Shown here: piece by piece, positions 1 through 9,572 of the stretch
Layout of the letters: every line of letters begins with the position of its first letter
Numbering within the stretch: position 1 is the stretch's first letter
Assembly: GCA_009392275.1 (NCBI GenBank)
Contig: VFGV01000012.1
Span: 18,217-82,216 of the forward strand
DNA from: SAR202 cluster bacterium
GTDB taxonomy: Bacteria > Chloroflexota > Dehalococcoidia > Lucifugimonadales > UBA2962
Reading direction: 5' to 3'
Length of the DNA stretch: 64,000 nucleotides
The notes under the pieces: generated by a model
Databases searched by the model: none
What the model was told of the DNA's origin: nothing
The model's input: only the letters and a program-made list of their open reading frames with translations
Program-made: the position numbers and the translations under genes

Positions 1-1336
1 TGACAGGGAGGTTTTGGCCATACCCCAATGCCACCAAATTTTGCTCCAATTGATATATATCGTCACCTTCTGACATTCCCATTTCAAATGAACGCCATGC
101 AGGTAGATCTCCATACATGACAACAGTCGCAACCATAGCCCCACCCAGTTCATCTCTATTGTGTTTTGCTAATTTTAAAGATGCTTTAGCTGACTCTAAC
201 GATGCGTATGCATTATTAAGATCAGCTGGTGTTGGATCTTCATCTAATGCGTCCCTCTGCGCTTTAGCTGACTCCAACGATGCTTGCGCATTATTAAGAT
301 CAGCTGGTGCTGGACCTTCATCTAATGCTGTCCTCTGCGCTTTAGCTGACTCCAACGATGCTTGTGCATTACCAAGATCAGCTAGTGTTGGAGCTTCATT
401 TAACGAAGCCCTCTGTGCTTTAGCAGACTCTAACGACAAGTTTGCATTATTAAGATCAGCTGGTGCTGGACCTTCATCTAATGCCGTCCTCTGCGCTTTA
501 GCTGACTCCAGTGCCTTTGCGGATGCAATCTGTGTCTCTATGCTGTTTATATAATTTTCATGTGCAATCAATAGCTCGTTGCTCATAGTAACCAATAGGG
601 GTTCATCAAAAATACTCGTTAACAATAAATTCGCTGCCACTGCAGTCATTGCATTTCCAGAATCAGGGCATATTGCTTTATAAACCTCAGATGTCCATAC
701 TAATGAGCCTAATTTTTCAGACAAATCACAATATGATTGCCTGGCGATTCTAAAGGTTATCCATTGTGTATCTAACAAAGAATTAGATGTTACTAATGTA
801 GATTCAGCTTGAGCTACTGCACTATCCGCCGACGCTATTTGCGCCTCCGTCGGCCCAGAGATTAATGCCTCCAATAACGCCTCAGCTTGAGCTACTGCAC
901 TATCCGCCGACGCTATTTGCGCCTCCGTCGGCCCAGAGATTAATGCCTCCAATAACGCCTCAGCTTGAGCTACTGCACTATCCGCCGACGCTATTTGACT
1001 ATTCGCAGCAAATATTTCCGTCTCGGTAACAGACTTATAGTACTTAAATAACAAAGTTCCCTGAAGCACATCTTCGCCCTCATCTACAATATAAGTCAAT
1101 ATTCCATTGCTACTAGGCAACACCTGGACCTCAGACCCATATTCAAGCACACCCTCTATTTTCTCAAAGGTTCTTAAATCTTTTCGTTCCAGTAATGCAG
1201 TCGAAATAACCGTATTATCAGTTTCGTCTTTAGTTCCTGTTAAATTGAATATATTCTGAGTAGTTAAAAGAACAATCATGACGATAATAACAACGACTAA
1301 TATGCCAATACCTATTATTGATATTCTTTTAGTCAT
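1..1336 (-). CDS. Membrane-anchored efflux adaptor (HlyD/MacA-like) with long coiled-coil repeats and start of a peptidoglycan-binding-like domain; 3' end runs off the window
   Basis: Not in ORF track (no stop in window). Manual translation from ATG at 1336: MTKRISIIGIGILVVVIIVMIVLL (TM anchor)...GILTYIVDEGEDVLQGTLLF (lipoyl-like half)...26-aa repeats...VVMYGDLPAWRSFEMGMSEGDDIYQLEQNLVALGY (PG_binding_1-like). Confidence 0.75.
   Translation of the reverse strand, partial: MTKRISIIGIGILVVVIIVMIVLLTTQNIFNLTGTKDETDNTVISTALLERKDLRTFEKIEGVLEYGSEVQVLPSSNGILTYIVDEGEDVLQGTLLFKYYKSVTETEIFAANSQIASADSAVAQAEALLEALISGPTEAQIASADSAVAQAEALLEALISGPTEAQIASADSAVAQAESTLVTSNSLLDTQWITFRIARQSYCDLSEKLGSLVWTSEVYKAICPDSGNAMTAVAANLLLTSIFDEPLLVTMSNELLIAHENYINSIETQIASAKALESAKAQRTALDEGPAPADLNNANLSLESAKAQRASLNEAPTLADLGNAQASLESAKAQRTALDEGPAPADLNNAQASLESAKAQRDALDEDPTPADLNNAYASLESAKASLKLAKHNRDELGGAMVATVVMYGDLPAWRSFEMGMSEGDDIYQLEQNLVALGYGQNLPV
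183..510. repeat. Degenerate 78-bp tandem repeat, about 4.2 copies (26-aa unit LESAKAQRxALDEGPxPADLNNAxAS)
   Basis: gctttagc recurs at 183, 261, 339, 417 and 495. Confidence 0.9.
804..997. repeat. Perfect 78-bp tandem repeat, about 2.5 copies (26-aa unit QIASADSAVAQAEALLEALISGPTEA)
   Basis: tcagcttgagctactgcactatccgccgacgctatttg starts at 804, 882 and 960; intervening sequence identical. Confidence 0.95.
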
Positions 1337-1389
1337 CGTATTTTATTAGAACCGTTTTATTAGGTATGAATATATTTGTTTTGGCATTA

Positions 1390-1995
1390 TTACCGCCTTG
1401 GTCTCTGCCCAAATATAACTCCGCTACATTCCTCCATAGCTTTCTCAACTTTAGGAGTCATGGTGACGCCTTCAAACATTGATTGCATAACTAAACGCGG
1501 ATCAGTTGAAAACTCGGGGTCAGGCACCTCTATACCGTTTTGCCTTATACACTCTGCAAACTTTAAGAGGTTATCTTCAAGTTCTATTTGGTCTTCCTGA
1601 GTCGGAGCTCCTGCAAAAGTTGCGTCCTCCAAAAAAGGAAGACATTCTTCAAATACCTTTACGGTTTGCCCACTATTAATGTCGAACTTAGGGTCACTCA
1701 TAATACTAATCCTAAGTTGTTCTAAATCAACACTTCCATCAGCATTTAAAGTTGGGTCCGGAATATCGTAACCATAATCTCGCAAACATACAGTAAATTC
1801 CGTGGTCATCTCTTCATCGGTTTTAATAGTGTCATCTAAATCTTCCTTAACAGTTTGATCATCAATTAATTCAGGAACGGGAGTATCAACAGTTATAACT
1901 CCTCCGGGTGAGTCGCCAGAACTACCACATGCAATACTAATCAATGATAAACATAAAACCACGCCAATTAATGTGAGAAATCTATTGAAGTTCAT
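1390..1995 (-). CDS. Lipoprotein of unknown function with duplicated FxxCxRxxGxxxPDP motif
   Basis: Lipobox ISIAC; FTVCLRDYGYDIPDP and FAECIRQNGIEVPDP; GGAGG SD upstream. Confidence 0.75.
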   Translation of the reverse strand: MNFNRFLTLIGVVLCLSLISIACGSSGDSPGGVITVDTPVPELIDDQTVKEDLDDTIKTDEEMTTEFTVCLRDYGYDIPDPTLNADGSVDLEQLRISIMSDPKFDINSGQTVKVFEECLPFLEDATFAGAPTQEDQIELEDNLLKFAECIRQNGIEVPDPEFSTDPRLVMQSMFEGVTMTPKVEKAMEECSGVIFGQRPRR

Positions 1996-2050
1996 ATGCC
2001 CTCCATAGCCATACTATTAGTATAACGAATTGTTGGAGAGTTTGGTTATG

Positions 2051-2123
<73 letters not shown>

Positions 2124-2223
2124 TGGTTTTTTGCAGAGTTATAATGATGAAAATAATAGACTACTATATTTCAACCAACGATTTATAGTATATCTGTTTT
2201 GCCAATAAAGTTTGTCGCCGTAA

Positions 2224-2955
2224 TTAACCGTCTAAAAGCTCTTCAAATAAAAGAGATTGATCTGCGTCCAAACCAACCACTTTGAAAGTTTCATGATACT
2301 GAGTACTATTCTCAAGCCATTCGGCAAATTCTTGCGCATCTTCTTGTGACTTATATGTTCTTAATGCTTTAATTTTCACATCAAGATACTCACGTGCCGG
2401 CATATAAATATTTGGTTGAGTCTCTGGGCCATCTATATCCAAATTAAATTCTTTAGCAACTAATTCAGGTATTGCTATATATAGTAAATTTACCGTTTTA
2501 GAAACCTCAAACTTGTAATTATTGAATGCGTCAATCGCACCTTTATGTATTGCGATATGGTCAGAGTGCTTAGATATCCCTTGGGGGCCAAAAGTAACAA
2601 CAACATCAGGCTCAATAAATTTCATATAGTGTAGAAGCTTATCTGATATAACTGCTGTTCTTTCCAACTGTACTTCTTGGTCTTTATATCCAAGAAGTAT
2701 TGGAGGCTTTGCTCCAAACAAAGATAGCACCTTTCGGAGTTCACCTTCTCGCACTGCAGGCAATTGCTCCCTAGTAACTGACAGATTTCCTGTTCCTAAT
2801 GTACCAAGCTCCCCTCTGGTGGCAGTAATAACTGTTATTTTTGCACCCATCCGAGCGAATTTTGTAAATGTACATCCAGCTCCAGAAGTCTCATCATCGG
2901 GATGAGCAAATATACCCAATATAGATTTATTCTCATACCTATTTGTTTTGTTCAT
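2224..2955 (-). CDS. PIG-L family deacetylase (BshB/MshB-like)
   Basis: AHPDDE motif, TRGE, HSDH motif. Confidence 0.85.
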   Translation of the reverse strand: MNKTNRYENKSILGIFAHPDDETSGAGCTFTKFARMGAKITVITATRGELGTLGTGNLSVTREQLPAVREGELRKVLSLFGAKPPILLGYKDQEVQLERTAVISDKLLHYMKFIEPDVVVTFGPQGISKHSDHIAIHKGAIDAFNNYKFEVSKTVNLLYIAIPELVAKEFNLDIDGPETQPNIYMPAREYLDVKIKALRTYKSQEDAQEFAEWLENSTQYHETFKVVGLDADQSLLFEELLDG

Positions 2956-3090
2956 TTAAGTTATTGGTAGCACAAAAACTAATACATTTATACGGTTCTG
3001 GGCTATATAGAAATAATCCTTTGATAATAAATGTTGTTTTTAACAAGATGTAGAAGATAATAGAATATCTTAATAACTGGCAGGTAAACA

Positions 3091-4272
3091 GTGAGTATTT
3101 CTATAAAACTGAAAAAATCTATGGAGAAAGGGTCCTGGATTAGAAAGATGTTTGAAGAGGGCATCTTATTGAAAGCTAAGGTAGGCGCAGATAAAGTGTA
3201 TGACCTTTCACTGGGAAACCCTATCTTTGAACCTCCTCCTAAATTTATGGAACTACTGAGGAGTTACGTTGAAAACCCAGGGGTTGGTTTACATAGATAT
3301 ATGCCCAATGCAGGCCTATCAGAAACGAGATCAGCTGTAGCTGAATCCTTAACTAATGAAACAGGTTTAACTTTCAGTAAAGAAGATATCGTAATGACAT
3401 GTGGAGCAGGAGGCGCTCTTAACATAATAATCAAGACACTTATAAACCCGGGCGATGAAATCATCGTATTTGCTCCATACTTTGCTGAGTACTTCTTCTA
3501 CGCAGACAACCATGGAGGAAAGTGTGTCGTAGTAGAGCATGACGACAAATTCATGCCAAAACTATCTATGCTTGAAAGTTTGGTAACTGAGAAGACAAAA
3601 ATGGTGATAATTAATTCTCCAAACAATCCATCGGGTGTAGTCTACCCGACCGCTGTACTAACGAAACTCGGTCAGATTATTAAGAAACTCGAAACTAAAT
3701 ATGGCAGGGACATTTTTATTGTTAGCGATGAACCATATCGAAAGATCATTTATAAAGATGATCCATACAGTCATATTTACTCGGCTCACTCTAATACTAT
3801 TGTTGCTACATCTCATTCTAAAGATCTAGGTCTAGCAGGTGAAAGAATCGGTTATGTTGCAGTCAACCCATATCACGAAAATAAAGGAGAAATAATCGAC
3901 GGGTTAACATTCAGTAATCGCGTCCTCGGCTTTGTTAATGCCCCTGCACTTATCCAACACCTTGTTACCAATCTACAAAACGAGACCGTAAATGTTGAAA
4001 AATATAAACAGAACAGAGATTTCCTGTGGACCCAATTAACTGACATTGGGTATGAAGTCATAAAACCTGAGGGGGCTTTCTACATGTTTCCTAAATGTCC
4101 TATTCAGGATGACGTTCAATATGTGAATAAGCTTAGAGAAAACAACGTTTTAGTAGTACCTGGTTCTGGCTTTGGTTCACCAGGATACTTTCGCATATCT
4201 TATTGCGTAGACGAAAACACATTACAGGGATGCATTGATGGATTTAGGAAGGTTTTCTTAGATCACACTTAG
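3091..4272 (+). CDS. PLP-dependent class I/II aminotransferase (aspartate aminotransferase-like)
   Basis: SLGNP, NSPNNPSG, SDEPY, SHSKDLGLAGERIG. Confidence 0.9.
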   Translation: MSISIKLKKSMEKGSWIRKMFEEGILLKAKVGADKVYDLSLGNPIFEPPPKFMELLRSYVENPGVGLHRYMPNAGLSETRSAVAESLTNETGLTFSKEDIVMTCGAGGALNIIIKTLINPGDEIIVFAPYFAEYFFYADNHGGKCVVVEHDDKFMPKLSMLESLVTEKTKMVIINSPNNPSGVVYPTAVLTKLGQIIKKLETKYGRDIFIVSDEPYRKIIYKDDPYSHIYSAHSNTIVATSHSKDLGLAGERIGYVAVNPYHENKGEIIDGLTFSNRVLGFVNAPALIQHLVTNLQNETVNVEKYKQNRDFLWTQLTDIGYEVIKPEGAFYMFPKCPIQDDVQYVNKLRENNVLVVPGSGFGSPGYFRISYCVDENTLQGCIDGFRKVFLDHT

Positions 4273-4274
4273 AA

Positions 4275-5339
4275 TTAAACTATAGATTTCAACCCGCTCC
4301 CAGTTATTGGAATTAATACGGAATCAGACGATTTGATTCTCTTGTTATGTACAAGGGATTCCAGGCCAGCAAAAGACACTGCAGAAGTGGGCTCCATAAA
4401 TATTCCTTCTTGTTCAGCTATCAAGTTGCGATATTTTATTATCGAATCTTCTGTAACACTAACTGAATCGCCTTTGGTTTCTCGAATCGCATCCAGGATT
4501 TGTCTCATTCTAGGAGGGTTTGTTGATGCAATACCATCTGCACAAGTATTTTTCTTTTGGGTAACACTCCAAGAGATTCCATGCACTTGGCTGACTATTG
4601 GCTTAACTGCTTCTGACTGTATCGCATAAAGCTTTGGCAACTTATTTAAGCTGCCTGATTGCCAGAGTTCATTGAGTAGCAAATATGTCGAAATTAACAG
4701 AGAGCCATTACCAACTGGAATAACAATATGGTCTGGTAAATTTGATCCAAGTTCCATAGCAACCTCTCTGCTAAATGACTTGGTGCCTTCTAAAAAAAAC
4801 GGGTTAATATTATGAGATGCATATAAAAAGTTTCGATCTAATGCGAACTGCTTCGCCTCCTTCTCAGCATTGTCTCTGTGTCCAGGTATTTTATGAATTT
4901 TCGCCCCATAAATGCTTATCTGATCAATTTTAGCTTTCGGGGCATTCTCAGGAATAAAGATATGAGAAGTAATACCAGCTACCGCACTATATGCGGCAAC
5001 TGATGCTCCAGCATTTCCAGATGAATCTTCTACTATAGTATTGATCCCTGCGGATTTTATAGCACTAATCATTATAGCGCTGCCTCTGTCTTTAAATGAA
5101 CCAGTGGGATTTGAGTTCTCAAGTTTAGCGTATATTTTTGAAACACCAATCAGTTGAGATGCTTTAGTTAAAGAAATCAACTTAGATCCACCCTCACCTA
5201 AAGTCACTATTTTTAATGTTTTTGACATTAACGCAGCATCATTATTTCTAATAGTTAAGGGATATGAACAATCATCACATATTGACATAGAAATATGTGG
5301 ATCAACAGAAGTATTACAATTTATACATTCAAAATACAT
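4275..5339 (-). CDS. Threonine synthase-like PLP enzyme (fold type II) with N-terminal CxxC/CxxC
   Basis: TLGEG, NPTGSFKDRG, SSGNAG, PVGNG, EPTSA, TGSGLK. Confidence 0.85.
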   Translation of the reverse strand: MYFECINCNTSVDPHISMSICDDCSYPLTIRNNDAALMSKTLKIVTLGEGGSKLISLTKASQLIGVSKIYAKLENSNPTGSFKDRGSAIMISAIKSAGINTIVEDSSGNAGASVAAYSAVAGITSHIFIPENAPKAKIDQISIYGAKIHKIPGHRDNAEKEAKQFALDRNFLYASHNINPFFLEGTKSFSREVAMELGSNLPDHIVIPVGNGSLLISTYLLLNELWQSGSLNKLPKLYAIQSEAVKPIVSQVHGISWSVTQKKNTCADGIASTNPPRMRQILDAIRETKGDSVSVTEDSIIKYRNLIAEQEGIFMEPTSAVSFAGLESLVHNKRIKSSDSVLIPITGSGLKSIV

Positions 5340-5457
5340 AGAATATAGTCTGATTTAAAATAATATATAGAATTATAGATCGGAGTGCTATTTTCAGAAA
5401 ACCTTAGCCTGCGATATTAGATTCTTAGCAATTGTATATAACAAGAAGGGGCTCGAA

Positions 5458-6546
5458 GTGAAGAGGACATATAAATTTGATGATAATGATTCAGTAGTTT
5501 TTCGTGGAGATGGCGAACCCAGAACAGCAAAAACCCTCCTGCGTAGACTTAATGAATTTAGTGAAAGTCACCAGCTGGTAGATGACGATTTTTCATTGGG
5601 AGGCTTGGTAGGAGAACTAGAAACTGAAATGGCCACTATACTCGGTAAACCCGCAGCGATATTTATGCCGACAGGAACCTTAGCAAACCATTTAGCTATT
5701 AGAAAACATGCCGGTACTCATGGTCGAGCTGTTGTCCAAGAGCAAAGTCATATATTCAACGACACCGGAGATTCTATTCAGAGGCTAAGTGGAATTAATC
5801 TTGTGCCATTAGCTCAAAATAGGGTTTATTTTGATGCAAATGAATTAGATAAAGCATATAAAACTTCAGTTACAGGAAGGGTATTAAATCCCATATCGGT
5901 TGTGTCTATTGAAACTCCAGTAAGACGCCAACATGGTCAAGTGGTGCCGTGGGAACACTTAAAAACCCTCACTAAATTTTGCAAAACTCACAATATTCCA
6001 TGCCACCTTGATGGAGCACGAATATTTATGCAATCAGCTGTAACGGGTAAATCAGTTAAGGAATATTCAGCTCTTTTTGATTCTGTATACGTCTCACTAT
6101 ACAAATATCTAGGAACTCCTTTCGGTAGTATTTTGGCAGGAGAAGAAGAATTTATCGATGGCATGTTCCATGAAAGAAGAATGTTTGGCGGTGGACTAGC
6201 CAACGCTTCAATTGTTGCAGCACTTGCTCTAAATGGACTGAAAGGTTTTGACAGCAAATTCTCGGACTCGATAGAAAAGGCCACTCAACTTTTCCAGTCA
6301 TTAAATAAATTAGAGTTAATAAAAATCCACAAGTTCGAACATGGTTCAAATATACACAGGTTAGTAATCTCAGGAGACGTATCATTAGATGATCTTATAT
6401 CGGAGCTTAAAAGTTATGGCATTTTTATTTATAAAGAACCAAATAATGAAATATATTTGCATATAAATGCTACTATTTTAAACCGTTCCAACGAAGAAAT
6501 CGTTTCGGCATTCTCAGATTCTCTGTCTAAATCAAGCGTGAATTGA
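5458..6546 (+). CDS. Threonine aldolase / beta-eliminating lyase family PLP enzyme
   Basis: FMPTGTLAN, HLDGAR, SLYKYLG, RRMFGGG. Confidence 0.85.
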   Translation: MKRTYKFDDNDSVVFRGDGEPRTAKTLLRRLNEFSESHQLVDDDFSLGGLVGELETEMATILGKPAAIFMPTGTLANHLAIRKHAGTHGRAVVQEQSHIFNDTGDSIQRLSGINLVPLAQNRVYFDANELDKAYKTSVTGRVLNPISVVSIETPVRRQHGQVVPWEHLKTLTKFCKTHNIPCHLDGARIFMQSAVTGKSVKEYSALFDSVYVSLYKYLGTPFGSILAGEEEFIDGMFHERRMFGGGLANASIVAALALNGLKGFDSKFSDSIEKATQLFQSLNKLELIKIHKFEHGSNIHRLVISGDVSLDDLISELKSYGIFIYKEPNNEIYLHINATILNRSNEEIVSAFSDSLSKSSVN

Positions 6547-6604
6547 ACTTATTCATCAATACTTGCATGCAATCACTGGCCAATTAGAGTAGTAAAATAC
6601 AAAA

Positions 6605-7150
6605 ATGTCTGACATAAAAGATCATAACAATACAACAGAATCCTCCGGCATAGCGATTTATAAAGATTGGTTAGTATTGATTTCAACTATGCTGATTATT
6701 GGGCTGGACCAATTAACAAAGTACCTTGTCAGAGAATTTATGAACTATGGGCAGTCTATACCAGAAACAGGATTTTTTAGATTAACTTACTATACAAATT
6801 CGGGCACTATATTTGGGTTATTCCCTAATATACCCATCATTTTCACTATAGCTTCTGTTATAGCAATCGCCTGTCTTATCTATTTTTACAAGACACAAAA
6901 AATGGGTGGGGTTTGGTTACGTGTTTCTATAGCTTTGCTTCTAGGTGGAGCTATTGGCAATTTCATCGATAGGGTATCTATGGGTGAAGTCACAGATTTT
7001 ATCGATGTGGGAATGTGGCCTGTTTTTAATATAGCGGACTCGTCTATAACTTGTGGGATATTTTTATTAATATTGGTCACTGTTGTGTTACCAGAACTTG
7101 GCAAGTCAAAACCTAGTAGAGATATTAAATCTGATTCGGATCACAGCTGA
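6605..7150 (+). CDS. lspA: Lipoprotein signal peptidase II
   Basis: DQLTK, NSG, GGAIGNFIDR, VTDF, FNIAD. Confidence 0.95.
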   Translation: MSDIKDHNNTTESSGIAIYKDWLVLISTMLIIGLDQLTKYLVREFMNYGQSIPETGFFRLTYYTNSGTIFGLFPNIPIIFTIASVIAIACLIYFYKTQKMGGVWLRVSIALLLGGAIGNFIDRVSMGEVTDFIDVGMWPVFNIADSSITCGIFLLILVTVVLPELGKSKPSRDIKSDSDHS

Positions 7151-7158
7151 GCAGGATT

Positions 7159-8088
7159 TTGAGTACAAACATTACACTACATGTTTTGGAAACTGATCAA
7201 GGAATTAGACTAGATAAATATGTAGCAGACAAAATAGATGAGGTTTCACGAGCTAAAGTGCTGAAGCTAATACAGGACTCAGCGATTCTTGTGAATGGAG
7301 CTAATCTAAATCCTTCATATCGGTTAAAATCTGGTGATATTGTAAAAATTGAAATTAATGAGAGTTTAGCATCTAATTTAGATCCATGGGATTTCAAAAT
7401 AGATGTTATATACGAAGATGAATCAATTTTAGTTATAAATAAACCTTCAGGAATAGCCGTTCATCCTGCTCCAGGACATTTAAATAAAACGATTGCCAAT
7501 GCTTTAATTTTCAATAACCCAGACATATCCCAAATTGGAGCATCCTCGCGGCCTGGCATAATACACCGTTTAGATCTGGAAACGTCTGGACTAATGGTAA
7601 CAGCTAAAACAGACTTGGCCCACAGAAAAATAAGTCACCAGTTTGCTGAGCGAACTGTAAAAAAAGTTTACTTGGCTTTGGTAGACGGAATTCCTAAAGA
7701 GTCTGAGGCCGTTATTGATGCTCCCATTGGTCGCAGTCCATTTAATCGGCAACATATGGATATCGTATCGACTGGGAAAGCGTCTGTTACCCAATATCAA
7801 GTTATTGAAACATATCCAGCACAAAGTTTATTAAAAGTGTTCCCCAAAACGGGCAGAACTCATCAAATTAGAGTTCATCTAAAATCAATCGGACACACGG
7901 TATTAGGGGATCATATATACGGCAAACGTGAAAAAGGTTTGAACAGGCAGTTTCTGCATGCATCCTCTCTCGAGTTTTATCATCCAGTTAGTAATCAGGC
8001 GGTAACCTTTGAATCGAAGCTCCCATTAGAACTGACTCAATACTTAGAAAGCTTGAAATCTTCAATTAATATGAAAGATACTGCATAG
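7159..8088 (+). CDS. rluD: RluA/RluD family 23S rRNA pseudouridine synthase with S4 domain
   Basis: RLDKY S4 domain, NKPSG, HRLD, TGRTHQIRVH, GDHIYG; TTG start. Confidence 0.9.
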   Translation: MSTNITLHVLETDQGIRLDKYVADKIDEVSRAKVLKLIQDSAILVNGANLNPSYRLKSGDIVKIEINESLASNLDPWDFKIDVIYEDESILVINKPSGIAVHPAPGHLNKTIANALIFNNPDISQIGASSRPGIIHRLDLETSGLMVTAKTDLAHRKISHQFAERTVKKVYLALVDGIPKESEAVIDAPIGRSPFNRQHMDIVSTGKASVTQYQVIETYPAQSLLKVFPKTGRTHQIRVHLKSIGHTVLGDHIYGKREKGLNRQFLHASSLEFYHPVSNQAVTFESKLPLELTQYLESLKSSINMKDTA

Positions 8089-8090
8089 AT

Positions 8091-9572
8091 ATGAATAATA
8101 CCACTCCGCGTACCAGATTTGCTCCAAGTCCCACAGGGGAACCACATGTAGGTAATATTCGCACAGCGATATTCGCATGGTTATTTGCCAAAGCAAATAA
8201 TGGTTCTTTTATTATAAGAATTGAAGATACAGATCAAGCTAGACTTGTAGAAGGTGCTATTGATTCAATACTTCAATCCTTAAGTTGGCTTGGGATAAAT
8301 TGGGATGAAGGTCCAGATAAAGGGGGCAAATATGGTCCTTACATGCAATCAGAAAGACAGAAACTTGGAATATACTCTCGAGCAGTCGAAACCCTTTTAA
8401 AAAATGGAAAGGCTTATTATTGCTCATGCAGTTCAGAGAGGCTTGATCAACTACGTAAAACCCAAAGCAAAGCTGGCAAGCCTCCTGGGTATGATGGATA
8501 CTGCAGAAATAAAGATGAAAAACAAGTATTAGATGAATCTGTACAACAGGTTGTCCGTTTTGCTATGCCTCAATTAGGTGTAACTAAAGTTACAGATACC
8601 ATTAGAGGAAATATAGAATTCGAAAATTCACTGATCGACGACTTTGTTATTCTAAAGTCAGACGGTTTTCCTACATATCACCTAGCAAATGTTGTTGATG
8701 ATAATGCAATGGAAATATCTCATGTGATTAGAGCAGAGGAATGGCTTCCTTCATTACCTAGGCATATAAACTTGTACAAAGCTCTCGAGTTGGAACCGCC
8801 AATCTTTGCTCATGTACCAATAATATTGGCATCTGACCGAACTAAGTTAAGCAAGCGACATGGAGCTACTTCGATAAAGGAATTTCGATCGAATGGATAT
8901 CTTCCTTCTGCTATGCTGAACTTTCTTTGCCTTCTTGGCTGGTCACTGGACGATAAAACCGAGATATTCTCAGAAAAGGAACTAATCAATTATTTTTCCA
9001 TAGAGCGCGTATCAAAATCCTCAGCTGTATTCGACAACCAAAAACTAGAATGGATGAATGGCTATTACATAAGAGAGTCCGATATATCTGATCTTATTTC
9101 TAATCTCTTAAACTATTGGGATGATTTCCCAGTAGAGACTTTTGACATTGAACCAACAACTGCGAAATTGGAGGCTGTGGTCCCGTTAATACAGGACAGG
9201 ATAAAAACATTGCAGGAAGCAGGACCCATGATTAACTTTTTATTCTCGAAAGGCATTTCTTATGATGCAGAACTTTTAATTCAAAAAAAGATGGATTGTA
9301 AATCGACTATCGGAGCACTTAATGAAACTTTAAGAGTCATCGAAAAAACGGATCCGTTCAAAGCCAGTAATATTGAAGATTCATTAAGACTACTTGCAGA
9401 TAGGTTAAGTATTAAACCGGGCCAACTTTTTGGAACTTTAAGGATAGCAACCACCGGGCAACGAGTATCTCCTCCTTTGTTTGAAAGCCTTGAAATAATT
9501 GGAAAGGATACAACAATCGAATCTATAAATCTGGCAGTCCAAAAACTAAATACATACGGAGATGTAAATTGA
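8091..9572 (+). CDS. gltX: Glutamate--tRNA ligase
   Basis: RFAPSPTG, HVGN (HIGH), RIEDTD, KLSKR (KMSKS). Confidence 0.97.
   Translation: MNNTTPRTRFAPSPTGEPHVGNIRTAIFAWLFAKANNGSFIIRIEDTDQARLVEGAIDSILQSLSWLGINWDEGPDKGGKYGPYMQSERQKLGIYSRAVETLLKNGKAYYCSCSSERLDQLRKTQSKAGKPPGYDGYCRNKDEKQVLDESVQQVVRFAMPQLGVTKVTDTIRGNIEFENSLIDDFVILKSDGFPTYHLANVVDDNAMEISHVIRAEEWLPSLPRHINLYKALELEPPIFAHVPIILASDRTKLSKRHGATSIKEFRSNGYLPSAMLNFLCLLGWSLDDKTEIFSEKELINYFSIERVSKSSAVFDNQKLEWMNGYYIRESDISDLISNLLNYWDDFPVETFDIEPTTAKLEAVVPLIQDRIKTLQEAGPMINFLFSKGISYDAELLIQKKMDCKSTIGALNETLRVIEKTDPFKASNIEDSLRLLADRLSIKPGQLFGTLRIATTGQRVSPPLFESLEIIGKDTTIESINLAVQKLNTYGDVN

Noticed and set aside
117-554. 145-aa repetitive + strand ORF
   Set aside because: Antisense shadow of the 78-bp repeats in the minus-strand adaptor gene.
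183-997. Possible CRISPR array
   Set aside because: Units are contiguous, have no unique spacers, have a period divisible by 3 inside an open frame, and no cas genes are present.
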